DNA of 24,000 nt, taken from assembly GCA_003157035.1 (NCBI GenBank), contig PMIF01000079.1, positions 70,757 through 94,756 on the forward strand, given 5' to 3'. Under the pieces are notes generated by a model. That model made no database searches. It was not told the DNA's origin and saw only the letters and a list, made by a program, of their open reading frames with translations. Shown piece by piece: positions 7,748 through 15,921 of this stretch. A program made the position numbers and the translations under genes. Source of the stretch: Rhodocyclaceae bacterium. Its GTDB lineage: Bacteria; Pseudomonadota; Gammaproteobacteria; Burkholderiales; Rhodocyclaceae. The first letter of the stretch is position 1, and each line of letters opens with the position of its first letter.

Positions 7748-9082
7748 ATGACCATGCTCGAAAATGTACAGCTTCCGTCCGAGTTGGTTTCCATACTGGA
7801 TGCCATGCCGGGACCGCGCATCCTGATCGACATCGATTACCGGATACTGGCCGCGAACTACGCCTATCGAACGGAATACGGCGAGCCGGCGGGCCTGATC
7901 GGCCGAACTTGCCACGAGGTTTCCCATCGCTTCGCCGAGCCTTGCGATCGTTGCGGCGAATCGTGTCCGCGCGCCAGCGCCATGAAGACCGGCCGCGCCA
8001 GCCAGGTGTTGCACCAGCACTACACAGCGCAGGGCCTCGAATACGTCAACGTCGAGCTGATTCCTGTCCGGGGCAGCGACGGGCACATCCGCTATTTCGT
8101 CGAAGCCATGATGCCGCTGCGCGAACGCGCCGGCGAACGGCCGCTGTCGGGTATGGTGGGCGGATCGCCAAGCTTCAAGCGAATGCTCGAATTGATCCAT
8201 CGTGTGGCGGGGCGCAATACTTCAGTGTTGCTCCTGGGCGAATCGGGAACCGGCAAGGAACTCGCCGCGCAGACTGTGCACAACCTGAGTCCGCGCATGG
8301 CCAAGCCCTTTGTGCCCGTCGATTGTTCCGGCATGACCGAGGGCCTGTTCGAGTCGGAACTGTTCGGCCACGAAAAAGGCGCCTTCACGGGCGCAAGCCA
8401 GCAGAAAACCGGCCTGGTCGAAGCCGCCGCCGGGGGCACGCTATTCCTCGACGAACTGGGCGACATACCGCTCAGCCTGCAAGTGAAGCTGCTGCGCCTG
8501 CTGGAAACGGGAAGCTTCCGACGCGTCGGCGGCGTCGATATCCTGCGGGCCGAGTTCCGCCTCGTCGCGGCGACGCACCGCGACCTGCCGGCGATGGTGG
8601 CGGCCGGCACTTTCCGCCGCGATCTCTATTACCGCATCGCGGCCTTTCCCATCGAAATCCCGCCGCTGCGGCAGCGTAAGGAGGATCTGCCGCTACTGAT
8701 CGCGGACATTCTCGGCCGCCTGTCGCCCGACCGGGCCATGAGCGTCTCGGCAGCCGCCATGAGCATCCTCATGGCGCACGACTTCGATGGCAATATCCGG
8801 GAACTGCGCAATCTTCTGGAACAGGCGAGCATTCTCGCCGATGGCGACGTCATCGAGCCAGGCCATATGCCGGCGAGCCTGCTGACTCTGGGTTCTACCG
8901 AGACCGAAGCGGACGACATCGCACCGCTCGACGTGGTCGAGCGCCGCTACCTGCGCCAAGCGCTCGCCAAACTGGGAGGCGACAAGGCCGCACTTTCGCG
9001 CCGCCTCGACATCAGTCGGCGCACGTTGGATCGCAAATTGCAGCGTCTGGTCGGCAACGACACACGATGCCTCAACAAGTAA
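7748..9082 (+). CDS. Sigma54-dependent Fis-family transcriptional activator with N-terminal PAS-like Cys4 sensor domain
   Basis: 444 aa. AAA+ core with Walker A GESGTGKE, the GAFTGA sigma54-contact motif and Walker B FLDELG. C-terminal Fis-type HTH (LSRRLDISRRTLDRKLQRL). The N-terminal ~135 aa look PAS-like and contain C55-x10-C66-x2-C69-x3-C73. There is no receiver domain. Confidence 0.9.
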   Translation: MTMLENVQLPSELVSILDAMPGPRILIDIDYRILAANYAYRTEYGEPAGLIGRTCHEVSHRFAEPCDRCGESCPRASAMKTGRASQVLHQHYTAQGLEYVNVELIPVRGSDGHIRYFVEAMMPLRERAGERPLSGMVGGSPSFKRMLELIHRVAGRNTSVLLLGESGTGKELAAQTVHNLSPRMAKPFVPVDCSGMTEGLFESELFGHEKGAFTGASQQKTGLVEAAAGGTLFLDELGDIPLSLQVKLLRLLETGSFRRVGGVDILRAEFRLVAATHRDLPAMVAAGTFRRDLYYRIAAFPIEIPPLRQRKEDLPLLIADILGRLSPDRAMSVSAAAMSILMAHDFDGNIRELRNLLEQASILADGDVIEPGHMPASLLTLGSTETEADDIAPLDVVERRYLRQALAKLGGDKAALSRRLDISRRTLDRKLQRLVGNDTRCLNK

Positions 9083-9104
9083 GATACTTCCACACCCTCG
9101 CCAC

Positions 9105-9722
9105 ATGAAGGCATACCGAATGAACACTGACTACTTTGCGCACAAAGCAAGCAGCTACGAACAAGACCCAAGCAGGGTGGACAACGTTGGCAACATCGCG
9201 GATTCGATTTTGCAATCTATCGACTTCGACAGCTCAATGCACATCATGGACTTTGGCTCGGGTACCGGTCTACTCCTGCAAAAAGTCGCTCCGTATGTGG
9301 CAAGGATTACGGCGGTTGACGTATCCAATGCCATGAACATGCAGCTGCAAGCAAAGCGCAACGATCTCGGCTGCGCTATAGAAATCATCGAAATCGACCT
9401 CGCGAAGGCGGACATTGACTATCGATTTGACGGCATCATTTCCTCGATGACCATGCACCACATTGAGAACATCGAAGCGATGTTCGGCAAGTTCTATTCA
9501 ATGCTCAACGACGGTGGCTTTATCGCCATATCCGACTTGGATGTTGAGGATGGCAGCTTCCACACCGAAGACACGGGCGTCTTTCACTTTGGCTTTGACC
9601 GAGGCGAATTTGCCAAATTGGCCTCAAGGGCAGGATTCCAAACAATTCGAGTATCGTCGGCAAGTTCGATACGTAAGCCTCAAGGCGATTTCCCGGTGTT
9701 TCTGCTGACTGCAACCCGGTAA
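9105..9722 (+). CDS. Class I SAM-dependent methyltransferase (low-GC)
   Basis: Motif I is IMDFGSGTG, followed by the acidic loop AVDVS and post-I/II motifs (DGIISSMTMHHI, LNDGGFIAISD). The start is either ATG 9105 or ATG 9120 (the latter has AAGG 8 nt upstream). GC is about 47% by hand count on a sampled line. Confidence 0.8.
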   Translation: MKAYRMNTDYFAHKASSYEQDPSRVDNVGNIADSILQSIDFDSSMHIMDFGSGTGLLLQKVAPYVARITAVDVSNAMNMQLQAKRNDLGCAIEIIEIDLAKADIDYRFDGIISSMTMHHIENIEAMFGKFYSMLNDGGFIAISDLDVEDGSFHTEDTGVFHFGFDRGEFAKLASRAGFQTIRVSSASSIRKPQGDFPVFLLTATR

Positions 9723-9795
9723 TGCTGCAGTTGGGTGCGGGGCCGCGCCTGCAGCCGCCAGATCTGGCGTGCACCGAGGCACCCGCTGAAACCGA

Positions 9796-10635
9796 CTACC
9801 GCAGCTGACAGTCGCCCTCACCGGCGTCGAGCGTCTCGCCGGCTGTGCTGATCTCGCGCCAGGCATAGTGCCGGCCGTCGATATCGATACGCAGGAAGCC
9901 CCAGCGCCCAGAGACGGTCTTCGAATTGTGGCGGTTGCTGACCGCCGGATAGAGCGTCGCGCCGCCGTTGCCGACGACGAACGACCGCGTGCCACCGCTC
10001 GACGGCTGGCCCGTGGCATCCAGCGGCGGTACCGCCTCGTAGTGGTGGTCGTGGCCGTTGAGCGCGATGCTCGCCACCCCCGCCACGGGCTGCCATAGCG
10101 ACGCCATCGCTTCGTCGTCGCCGTGCCAGCCCGACGACCAGCGCGGATGATGCCAGACGGCGATAATGCAGGCATCGTCGCGGCGCGCCACCTGACCATC
10201 GAGCCAGCGCAACTGACGCGCAGCCGCCTTGCCCGTCAGGTTGCTGTCGAGCAACCAGACCCGCCATGCTCCCGATAGTTTGACGGCGCGCGGGACCGCC
10301 GGAAAAAGCGAACGAAAGCCGCGGCCGCCGTGATCGTTGAAGTCATGGTTGCCGGGTACCGCCAGGCGGTGCATGAACATGCCGAAGTAGGGTTCGTGGC
10401 ACTGGTCGAGTCGTGCGCGGGTCGCCGTCGGATAGGCCAGGTCGCCCGCCTCGATCAGCCAAGCCTGCTGCCAATCCGGCTGGGCGCGCATGGCGGCCGA
10501 GACCACCCGACTACCGTCGAGGGAACAGTCACCGGTATCGCCGATGGCAAAGACCGTGATCCTGGCGTCGGCCGAGGTTTCGGCTGCGGCCACTCGCCAC
10601 AGGCAGACGACAAGTAAAATACACAAACGTCGCAT
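9796..10635 (-). CDS. Secreted calcineurin-like metallophosphoesterase
   Basis: I chose the ATG at 10635 (GGAG 7 nt upstream) because it gives a signal peptide, MRRLCILLVVCLWRVAAA. The track ORF extends to 10731 into the divergent gene. Metallophosphoesterase motifs are present: IGDTGD, GDLAY, GNHD, WHHP, GHDHHYE. Confidence 0.8.
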   Translation of the reverse strand: MRRLCILLVVCLWRVAAAETSADARITVFAIGDTGDCSLDGSRVVSAAMRAQPDWQQAWLIEAGDLAYPTATRARLDQCHEPYFGMFMHRLAVPGNHDFNDHGGRGFRSLFPAVPRAVKLSGAWRVWLLDSNLTGKAAARQLRWLDGQVARRDDACIIAVWHHPRWSSGWHGDDEAMASLWQPVAGVASIALNGHDHHYEAVPPLDATGQPSSGGTRSFVVGNGGATLYPAVSNRHNSKTVSGRWGFLRIDIDGRHYAWREISTAGETLDAGEGDCQLR

Positions 10636-10668
10636 ATCATCTCCATTTTTTGCGGAGTCTAACCCACC

Positions 10669-11244
10669 ATGTCCGACCACGATTTTCATGTCCATGGACC
10701 GCACGATCACGCGGTCGAGCACGCCAGCCACGATGGCAACGATACTTTTGCCTCACGCATCGCCGTCATGACCGCGATTCTTGCCACTTGCGGCGCGTTG
10801 TTCAGTTTCGAAGGTGGCACCTTTCAGAACGAAGCCCTGATGTACAAAAACGAGGCGGCGATCAAGAAGACCGAAGCATCGGACCAGTGGAACTTCTACC
10901 AGTCCAAGAGCAGCAAGCAGAACATGGCCGAACTGGGACAGGTTCTGACGCAAGGCGAACAGCGCGACCGCTATGTGTCGGAGATCGAGCGCTACAAGAC
11001 CGAGAAGGCGGACATCAAGACCAAGGCCGAAGGGCTGGAACAAGAGTCCAAGGACGCCGACCACCACAGCGAAGAAGCGATGCACCAGCATCACCGCTGG
11101 GCGCAGGCCATGACGGCGATCCAGGTGTCGATCTCGCTGGCCGCCATCACCCTGCTGGCCCGGCGTCGCTGGCTGGCGTGGACTTCGGTGGCGGTCGCCG
11201 GCATCGGCCTGGTAGTCGCCGGCCTGGCACTAATGCATATCTAG
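10669..11244 (+). CDS. DUF4337-like membrane protein with His-rich N-terminus
   Basis: 191 aa. The central motif EASDQWNFYQSKSSKQ and a C-terminal pair of TM helices match my recollection of DUF4337. The N-terminus HDFHVHGPHDHAVEHASH has 7 His in 22 residues. Confidence 0.65.
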   Translation: MSDHDFHVHGPHDHAVEHASHDGNDTFASRIAVMTAILATCGALFSFEGGTFQNEALMYKNEAAIKKTEASDQWNFYQSKSSKQNMAELGQVLTQGEQRDRYVSEIERYKTEKADIKTKAEGLEQESKDADHHSEEAMHQHHRWAQAMTAIQVSISLAAITLLARRRWLAWTSVAVAGIGLVVAGLALMHI

Positions 11245-11843
11245 TCAGCCTTACGGACGAGCCGGATCAGGCGGAACCAACCGCCGGCCATCGCCGGCTC
11301 GTCGGCGTGCCGTTCAAGCGTCGGCACTTGCGTCAGCACTTCCTCGAAAACGACATCGAGTCGGGTGGCCAGGCGCCGCGTCAGCGGGTTGAGCGCACGC
11401 TTCCACAGGGCACGCTCGCCCGGCCGGAGAAACTTGTCGAACACCAGGATCGAGCCGCCAGGCCGCACCACCCGAGCCGCCTCGGCAAGACATCGCTCGG
11501 GTCGCGGAATCACCGCGAGGATCAAGTGCAGAACCACTGCATCGAACCGTCGGTCCGGGAATGGCATGGCTTGTACGTCGCCGCGGACATAGTCGATGCG
11601 CGCCGCCAAGTGCCGCCGTCTGGCGCGCCGCAACATTGCAGCAGTCAGATCGAGGCCGACATAGCGATGGTGCAAAGGCAGATGCGGCAGATCGAGACCG
11701 GTGCCAACGCCGGCAATCAATACCTCGCCGCCCGGCCACTCGGTAAGATGGCCCAGGCTGCGGCGGCGCGCTGTTTGCGTCGCGCCGCGCAAGAAAGCAT
11801 CGTAGAACGGCGCGATCAGCGTATAGCTGGGGCCCAGGCTCAA
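11241..11843 (-). CDS. Class I SAM-dependent methyltransferase
   Basis: 200 aa with motif I VLIAGVGTGLD, GLDLT and a typical methyltransferase-11-like layout. The TTG start at 11843 overlaps the apaG stop (TTGA). Confidence 0.72.
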   Translation of the reverse strand: MSLGPSYTLIAPFYDAFLRGATQTARRRSLGHLTEWPGGEVLIAGVGTGLDLPHLPLHHRYVGLDLTAAMLRRARRRHLAARIDYVRGDVQAMPFPDRRFDAVVLHLILAVIPRPERCLAEAARVVRPGGSILVFDKFLRPGERALWKRALNPLTRRLATRLDVVFEEVLTQVPTLERHADEPAMAGGWFRLIRLVRKAD

Positions 11844-12223
11844 TGCAGCGTCCGCGGCATGGACAGCATGAACTCGGGGATCGGCACTTCGAATTGCGTG
11901 CCGTCCTCGGCGACCATCTGGTAGCTACCTTTCATGGTACCCACCGGCGTCGCCAAGGCAGAACCACTCGAATACTGGAAATGCTCGCCCGGTTGCAGCA
12001 GCGGCTGGTGACCGACGACGCCCAAGCCGCGGACTTCCTGCACGCTGCCATCGGCGTCGGTGATCAACCAGTGGCGCGAGATCAACTGGGCGGCAACGTT
12101 GCCGACGTTGGTGATCGTGATGGTGTACGAAAAAACAAAACGGCCCGCTTCCGCATCCGACTGATCGGCGAGATAGGCGGTTTCGATTTCGATACGGATT
12201 TCGTAGTTGGTCGCTTCGGCCAT
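11840..12223 (-). CDS. apaG: ApaG protein
   Basis: 127 aa, collinear by eye with E. coli ApaG (FVFSYTITITNVG, LISRHWLITDADG, VVGHQPLLQPGE, TPVGTMKGSYQM). Confidence 0.9.
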   Translation of the reverse strand: MAEATNYEIRIEIETAYLADQSDAEAGRFVFSYTITITNVGNVAAQLISRHWLITDADGSVQEVRGLGVVGHQPLLQPGEHFQYSSGSALATPVGTMKGSYQMVAEDGTQFEVPIPEFMLSMPRTLH

Positions 12224-12310
12224 CTTATAGGTGCCATTAGAAAAAATTAGCCGGCCTGATGATTCGAGCCGCTAGAATCGGCCGATTCCAACCTTGCCCG
12301 AGGCCCCGCC

Positions 12311-13000
12311 ATGTCTGCATCTTACCGCATCGCGCCGAGCATTCTTTCCGCCAACTTTGCCCGCCTGGGCGAAGAGGTCGACAACGTGCTCGCCGCCGGC
12401 GCCGACATCGTGCACTTCGATGTCATGGACAATCACTATGTCCCCAACCTGACCATCGGCCCGCTCGTCTGCGAAGCCTTGCGCAAGCACGGCGTCACGG
12501 CGCCGATCGACGTGCATCTGATGGTGAAACCCGTCGACCGCATCGTGCCGGATTTCGCCAAGGCCGGCGCCACCTACATCACGTTTCACCCCGAGGCCTC
12601 CGAGCACATCGACCGCACTATCGGCCTGATCAAGGAAAACGGCTGCAAGGCCGGCCTGGTGTTCAACCCGGCGACGCCGCTGGACGTTCTCGAATGGACG
12701 ATCGACAAGCTCGACATGGTGCTGCTGATGTCGGTAAACCCCGGCTTCGGCGGCCAGAAGTTCATCCCCTACGTGCTCGACAAGGCGCGCCGCGTGCGCA
12801 AGATGATCGATGAGCGCGGCCTCAAGGTCAGCCTCGAGATCGACGGCGGCGTCGGTCCCGCCAATATTGCCGAGGTGGCGCGCGCCGGCGTCGACACTTT
12901 CGTTGCCGGCTCGGCAATCTTCGGCGCCGGCAAGGATAGCGACGCGCACCGTTACGACTCGGTCGTCGCCGCACTGCGCGCGGAACTCGCCAAGGTGTGA
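12311..13000 (+). CDS. rpe: Ribulose-phosphate 3-epimerase
   Basis: 229 aa with canonical Rpe motifs ([49 protein letters not shown]). Confidence 0.95.
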   Translation: MSASYRIAPSILSANFARLGEEVDNVLAAGADIVHFDVMDNHYVPNLTIGPLVCEALRKHGVTAPIDVHLMVKPVDRIVPDFAKAGATYITFHPEASEHIDRTIGLIKENGCKAGLVFNPATPLDVLEWTIDKLDMVLLMSVNPGFGGQKFIPYVLDKARRVRKMIDERGLKVSLEIDGGVGPANIAEVARAGVDTFVAGSAIFGAGKDSDAHRYDSVVAALRAELAKV

Positions 13001-13674
13001 CGGTGCGGGTCAAAGCCGTCCTGCTCGATCTCGACGGCACGCTGCTCGACACGGCCCCTGATCTGCTGGAGGCCGCCAACAGCATGTTGCGCGACCTGGG
13101 TCACGCGCCGGTGGCGATCGCCGACGTGCGCGCCTATGTCGGTCGTGGCATACCAAATCTAGTAAAGCGCCTGCTCGCGGGGCGGCTCGATGCCGCCGAC
13201 GATCCGGCGCCGCCACCGACTGACGCGCTGACGAGTTTTCGCCGTCACTATGCCGAAGCCAATGGTCGGCAAGCGGCGCCCTATCCCGGCGTTCGGCAAG
13301 GACTGGATGCGCTGGCGGCGATGGGATTGCCGCTGGCATGCGTCACCAACAAGGCCGAAACCTTCACGCTGCCACTCCTGGCGCGAAGTGGCCTTGATCG
13401 CTACTTCCGCGTAGTCGTCAGCGGCGATACCCTGCCGCGCGCCAAACCGGATGCCATGCCGCTCATCTGGGTCTGCGGCCATTTCGACCTCAAGCCGGCT
13501 GACATGCTGATGATCGGCGATTCGGTCAACGATGCCCGTGCCGCGCGCGCCGCCGGCTGCCCGGTGTTCATCGTTCCGTACGGCTACAACGAAGGCCGCG
13601 ACGTGCGCAAACTCGACTGCGATGCTATAGTCGCCTCGCTGCTCGACGCAGCAGACCTTATTGAGCCCGCATAA
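12997..13674 (+). CDS. gph: Phosphoglycolate phosphatase (HAD superfamily)
   Basis: The GTG start overlaps the rpe stop (GTGA). HAD motifs are present: [29 protein letters not shown]. The rpe-gph-trpE order is common in proteobacteria. Confidence 0.87.
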   Translation: MTVRVKAVLLDLDGTLLDTAPDLLEAANSMLRDLGHAPVAIADVRAYVGRGIPNLVKRLLAGRLDAADDPAPPPTDALTSFRRHYAEANGRQAAPYPGVRQGLDALAAMGLPLACVTNKAETFTLPLLARSGLDRYFRVVVSGDTLPRAKPDAMPLIWVCGHFDLKPADMLMIGDSVNDARAARAAGCPVFIVPYGYNEGRDVRKLDCDAIVASLLDAADLIEPA

Positions 13675-13763
13675 TGATGCTTCGCTGGAACCTGCAAACG
13701 ACGACTGCCTGCCGCGATCCGCAGGCGGAGGCTTGGCCCTGGCGCCCCTGGCACCTGGCTTGA
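13674..13763 (+). CDS. trpL: Putative trp operon leader peptide (29 aa, 4 Trp codons)
   Basis: Read by hand and not in the ORF track: ATG ATG CTT CGC TGG ... GCT TGG CCC TGG CGC CCC TGG CAC CTG GCT TGA = [29 protein letters not shown]. The ATG overlaps the gph stop (TAATG). The ORF ends 58 nt before trpE and is followed by a GC-rich hairpin. Confidence 0.55.
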   Translation: MMLRWNLQTTTACRDPQAEAWPWRPWHLA

Positions 13764-13768
13764 TCCGC

Positions 13769-13786
13769 CGCGCCCGCCTGGGCGCG
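13769..13786 (+). promoter_or_regulatory. GC-rich hairpin after leader ORF (possible attenuator element)
   Basis: CGCGCCC-GCCT-GGGCGCG gives a 7-bp stem and 4-nt loop. The left-arm sequence GCGCCC recurs inside the Trp-codon cluster (13742-13747), and GGCGGA (13724-13729) can pair with TCCGCC (13764-13769), so alternative pairings are possible. No U-tract follows, so this is not a canonical intrinsic terminator. Confidence 0.3.
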
Positions 13787-13821
13787 ACCCCGTTGCAGCA
13801 ATTGCCGTCCATGGAGCAGTC

Positions 13822-15297
13822 ATGACCGAAACTGAGTTCGAGCGCTTGGCCCTCGAAGGCTACAACCGCATTCCCGTCACCCTCGAAACATTCGCCGATC
13901 TCGACACGCCGCTGTCGATCTACCTCAAGCTGGCGGCGAGCCCGTATTCCTATCTGCTCGAATCCGTTCAAGGCGGCGAGCGATTCGGCCGCTACTCGTT
14001 CATCGGCATCACCTCGAGCACGCGCATCGCCGTCTATGGCTCCAGCATTCTACTGCTGACCGGCAACCGTGTTGCCGAGCGGCGCGACCATACCAATCCG
14101 ATCTCCTTCATCTCGGAGTTCATGGCCCGCTTCAAGGTGCCGGACATCAAGGACCTGCCGCGCTTCTGCGGTGGCCTGGTCGGCTATTTCGGCTACGACA
14201 CCGTGCGCGCCATCGAACCCAAGCTGGCGGCAACGCAGAAGCCCGACCCGCTGGGCACACCCGACATCCTGCTGATGTTGTCCGAAGAGATCGCCATCGT
14301 CGACAACCTCTCGGGCAAGCTGACTCTGGTGGTCTATGCCGAGCCCGGCTTCCCCGGTGCCTGGCGGCAGGCGCGGGCGCGCTTGAAGGAACTGCTACAG
14401 AAGCTGCGCGCGCCGCTGTCGATTCCGCAGGACACCAAGAAGAGCAGTACGCCCGCCGAGTCCGAGTTCGGCGAGGAAGCCTTCAAGGCTGCGGTGCGGC
14501 GCGCCAAGCAGTACATCACCGAGGGCGACGTCATGCAGGTCGTGCTGTCACAGCGGATGAGCAAGGCCTTCCAGGCGTCGCCGCTGTCGCTCTACCGGGC
14601 GCTGCGCACGCTCAATCCATCGCCGTACATGTTCTATTTCGACTTCGAGGATTTTCACGTCGTCGGTGCCTCGCCCGAGATCCTGGTGCGGCTCGAGGAT
14701 GGCACGGTCACCGTGCGCCCGATCGCTGGCACCCGCAAGCGCGGCGCCACGCCGGACGAGGATGCGGCACTGGCCGCCGACCTGCTCGCCGACCAGAAGG
14801 AACGCGCCGAACACCTGCAACTGCTCGATCTCGGCCGCAACGACGCCGGCCGCGTCGCCAAGACCGGCACCGTCAAAGTCACCGAGCAATTCGTCATCGA
14901 ACGTTACTCCCATGTCATGCACATCGTCTCCAACGTCGAGGCGCAAGTGCGTGAAGATGAAGGGCCGGTGTCGGTGCTCAAGGCGACCTTCCCGGCGGGC
15001 ACGGTCTCGGGCGCACCGAAAGTACGGGCGATGGAAATCATCGACGAACTCGAACCCTCCAAGCGCGGCGTCTATGCCGGTGCTGTCGGTTATCTCGGTT
15101 TCAACGGCGACATGGATCTGGCCATTGCCATTCGTACCGCGGTGATCAAGGACAGCCGCATTTACGTTCAGGCTGGCGCTGGCATCGTCGCCGATTCGGA
15201 TCCCGACTCGGAGTGGATAGAGACCCAGAACAAGGCCAAGGCCTTGCTGCGCGCTGCCGAAATGGCCGAGAGCGGCCTCGACAGCCGGGTCGACTAA
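13822..15297 (+). CDS. trpE: Anthranilate synthase component I
   Basis: 491 aa with canonical TrpE motifs ([47 protein letters not shown]). Confidence 0.95.
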   Translation: MTETEFERLALEGYNRIPVTLETFADLDTPLSIYLKLAASPYSYLLESVQGGERFGRYSFIGITSSTRIAVYGSSILLLTGNRVAERRDHTNPISFISEFMARFKVPDIKDLPRFCGGLVGYFGYDTVRAIEPKLAATQKPDPLGTPDILLMLSEEIAIVDNLSGKLTLVVYAEPGFPGAWRQARARLKELLQKLRAPLSIPQDTKKSSTPAESEFGEEAFKAAVRRAKQYITEGDVMQVVLSQRMSKAFQASPLSLYRALRTLNPSPYMFYFDFEDFHVVGASPEILVRLEDGTVTVRPIAGTRKRGATPDEDAALAADLLADQKERAEHLQLLDLGRNDAGRVAKTGTVKVTEQFVIERYSHVMHIVSNVEAQVREDEGPVSVLKATFPAGTVSGAPKVRAMEIIDELEPSKRGVYAGAVGYLGFNGDMDLAIAIRTAVIKDSRIYVQAGAGIVADSDPDSEWIETQNKAKALLRAAEMAESGLDSRVD

Positions 15298-15314
15298 GCC
15301 CAAGGGAGACGGCC

Positions 15315-15878
15315 ATGCTACTGATGATCGACAATTACGATTCCTTTACCTACAACCTGGTGCAGTATTTCGGCGAGCTGGGCGAAGAAGTTCGCGTGTA
15401 CCGCAACGACGCCATCACGCTGAAGGAAATCGCCGCCATGAAACCCGATCGCCTGGTGATTTCTCCCGGGCCATGCTCACCGAAGGAGGCCGGCATTTCG
15501 GTGGCGGCGATCCAGGAGTTCGCCGGCAAGCTGCCCATCCTCGGCGTCTGCCTCGGCCACCAGAGCATCGGCTATGCCTTCGGCGGCGAGATCGTCCATG
15601 CCCAAACGATGATGCACGGCAAGCTCTCGAGCATCCATCACGCCGACAAGGGCGTCTTCAAAGGCCTGCCCAATCCCCTCACCGCCACCCGCTACCATTC
15701 GCTGGCCATCCGCCGCGACACGCTGCCCGATTGCCTGGAAATCACCGCCTGGACAGATGACGGCGAAATCATGGGCGTGCGCCACAAGACGCTGGCCATC
15801 GAGGGCGTGCAGTTCCACCCGGAGTCCATCATGACCGAGCGCGGCCACGATCTGTTGAGGAACTTCTTGCGGACTTGA
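15315..15878 (+). CDS. trpG: Anthranilate synthase component II (glutamine amidotransferase)
   Basis: ATG at 15315 follows AAGGGAG; the track ORF from 15213 is an upstream extension. 187 aa with [19 protein letters not shown], the catalytic GVCLGHQ and the GVQFHPES triad region. Confidence 0.93.
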   Translation: MLLMIDNYDSFTYNLVQYFGELGEEVRVYRNDAITLKEIAAMKPDRLVISPGPCSPKEAGISVAAIQEFAGKLPILGVCLGHQSIGYAFGGEIVHAQTMMHGKLSSIHHADKGVFKGLPNPLTATRYHSLAIRRDTLPDCLEITAWTDDGEIMGVRHKTLAIEGVQFHPESIMTERGHDLLRNFLRT

Positions 15879-15895
15879 CCTGGGCGCCGGATAAT

Positions 15896-15915
15896 ATGGC
15901 TATCAAGATAGCCAT
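15896..15915. promoter_or_regulatory. Inverted repeat, candidate antitoxin operator
   Basis: ATGGCTAT-caag-ATAGCCAT has perfect 8-bp arms. It sits in the 43-nt trpG-antitoxin spacer and ends 6 nt before the GTG at 15922. TTGACC (15875-15880, overlapping the trpG stop) and TAATAT (15892-15897) are nearby but have non-canonical spacing. Confidence 0.45.
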
Positions 15916-15921
15916 CTCAGA

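Noticed and set aside
7717-8679. 320-aa alternative-frame ORF overlapping the activator gene, and the 424-aa ORF 10650..11924.
   Set aside because: They are Arg/Pro/Ala-rich off-frame translations of GC-rich coding DNA. The competing frames carry unmistakable motifs (GAFTGA AAA+ core; DUF4337 and methyltransferase motifs).
9724-9755. GCTGCAG...CTGCAGC hairpin between the methyltransferase and the convergent phosphoesterase, considered as a terminator.
   Set aside because: It has a 7-bp stem but an 18-nt loop and no flanking T/A tract on either strand, so I do not call it as a feature. It is mentioned only in the methyltransferase finding.
12224-12310. TAGAAT (12273-12278) as a -10 for rpe in the apaG/rpe divergent spacer.
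   Set aside because: There is no acceptable -35 at a 16-18 nt spacing (the best, TTAGCC, is 20 nt away), so it is too speculative to list as a feature.
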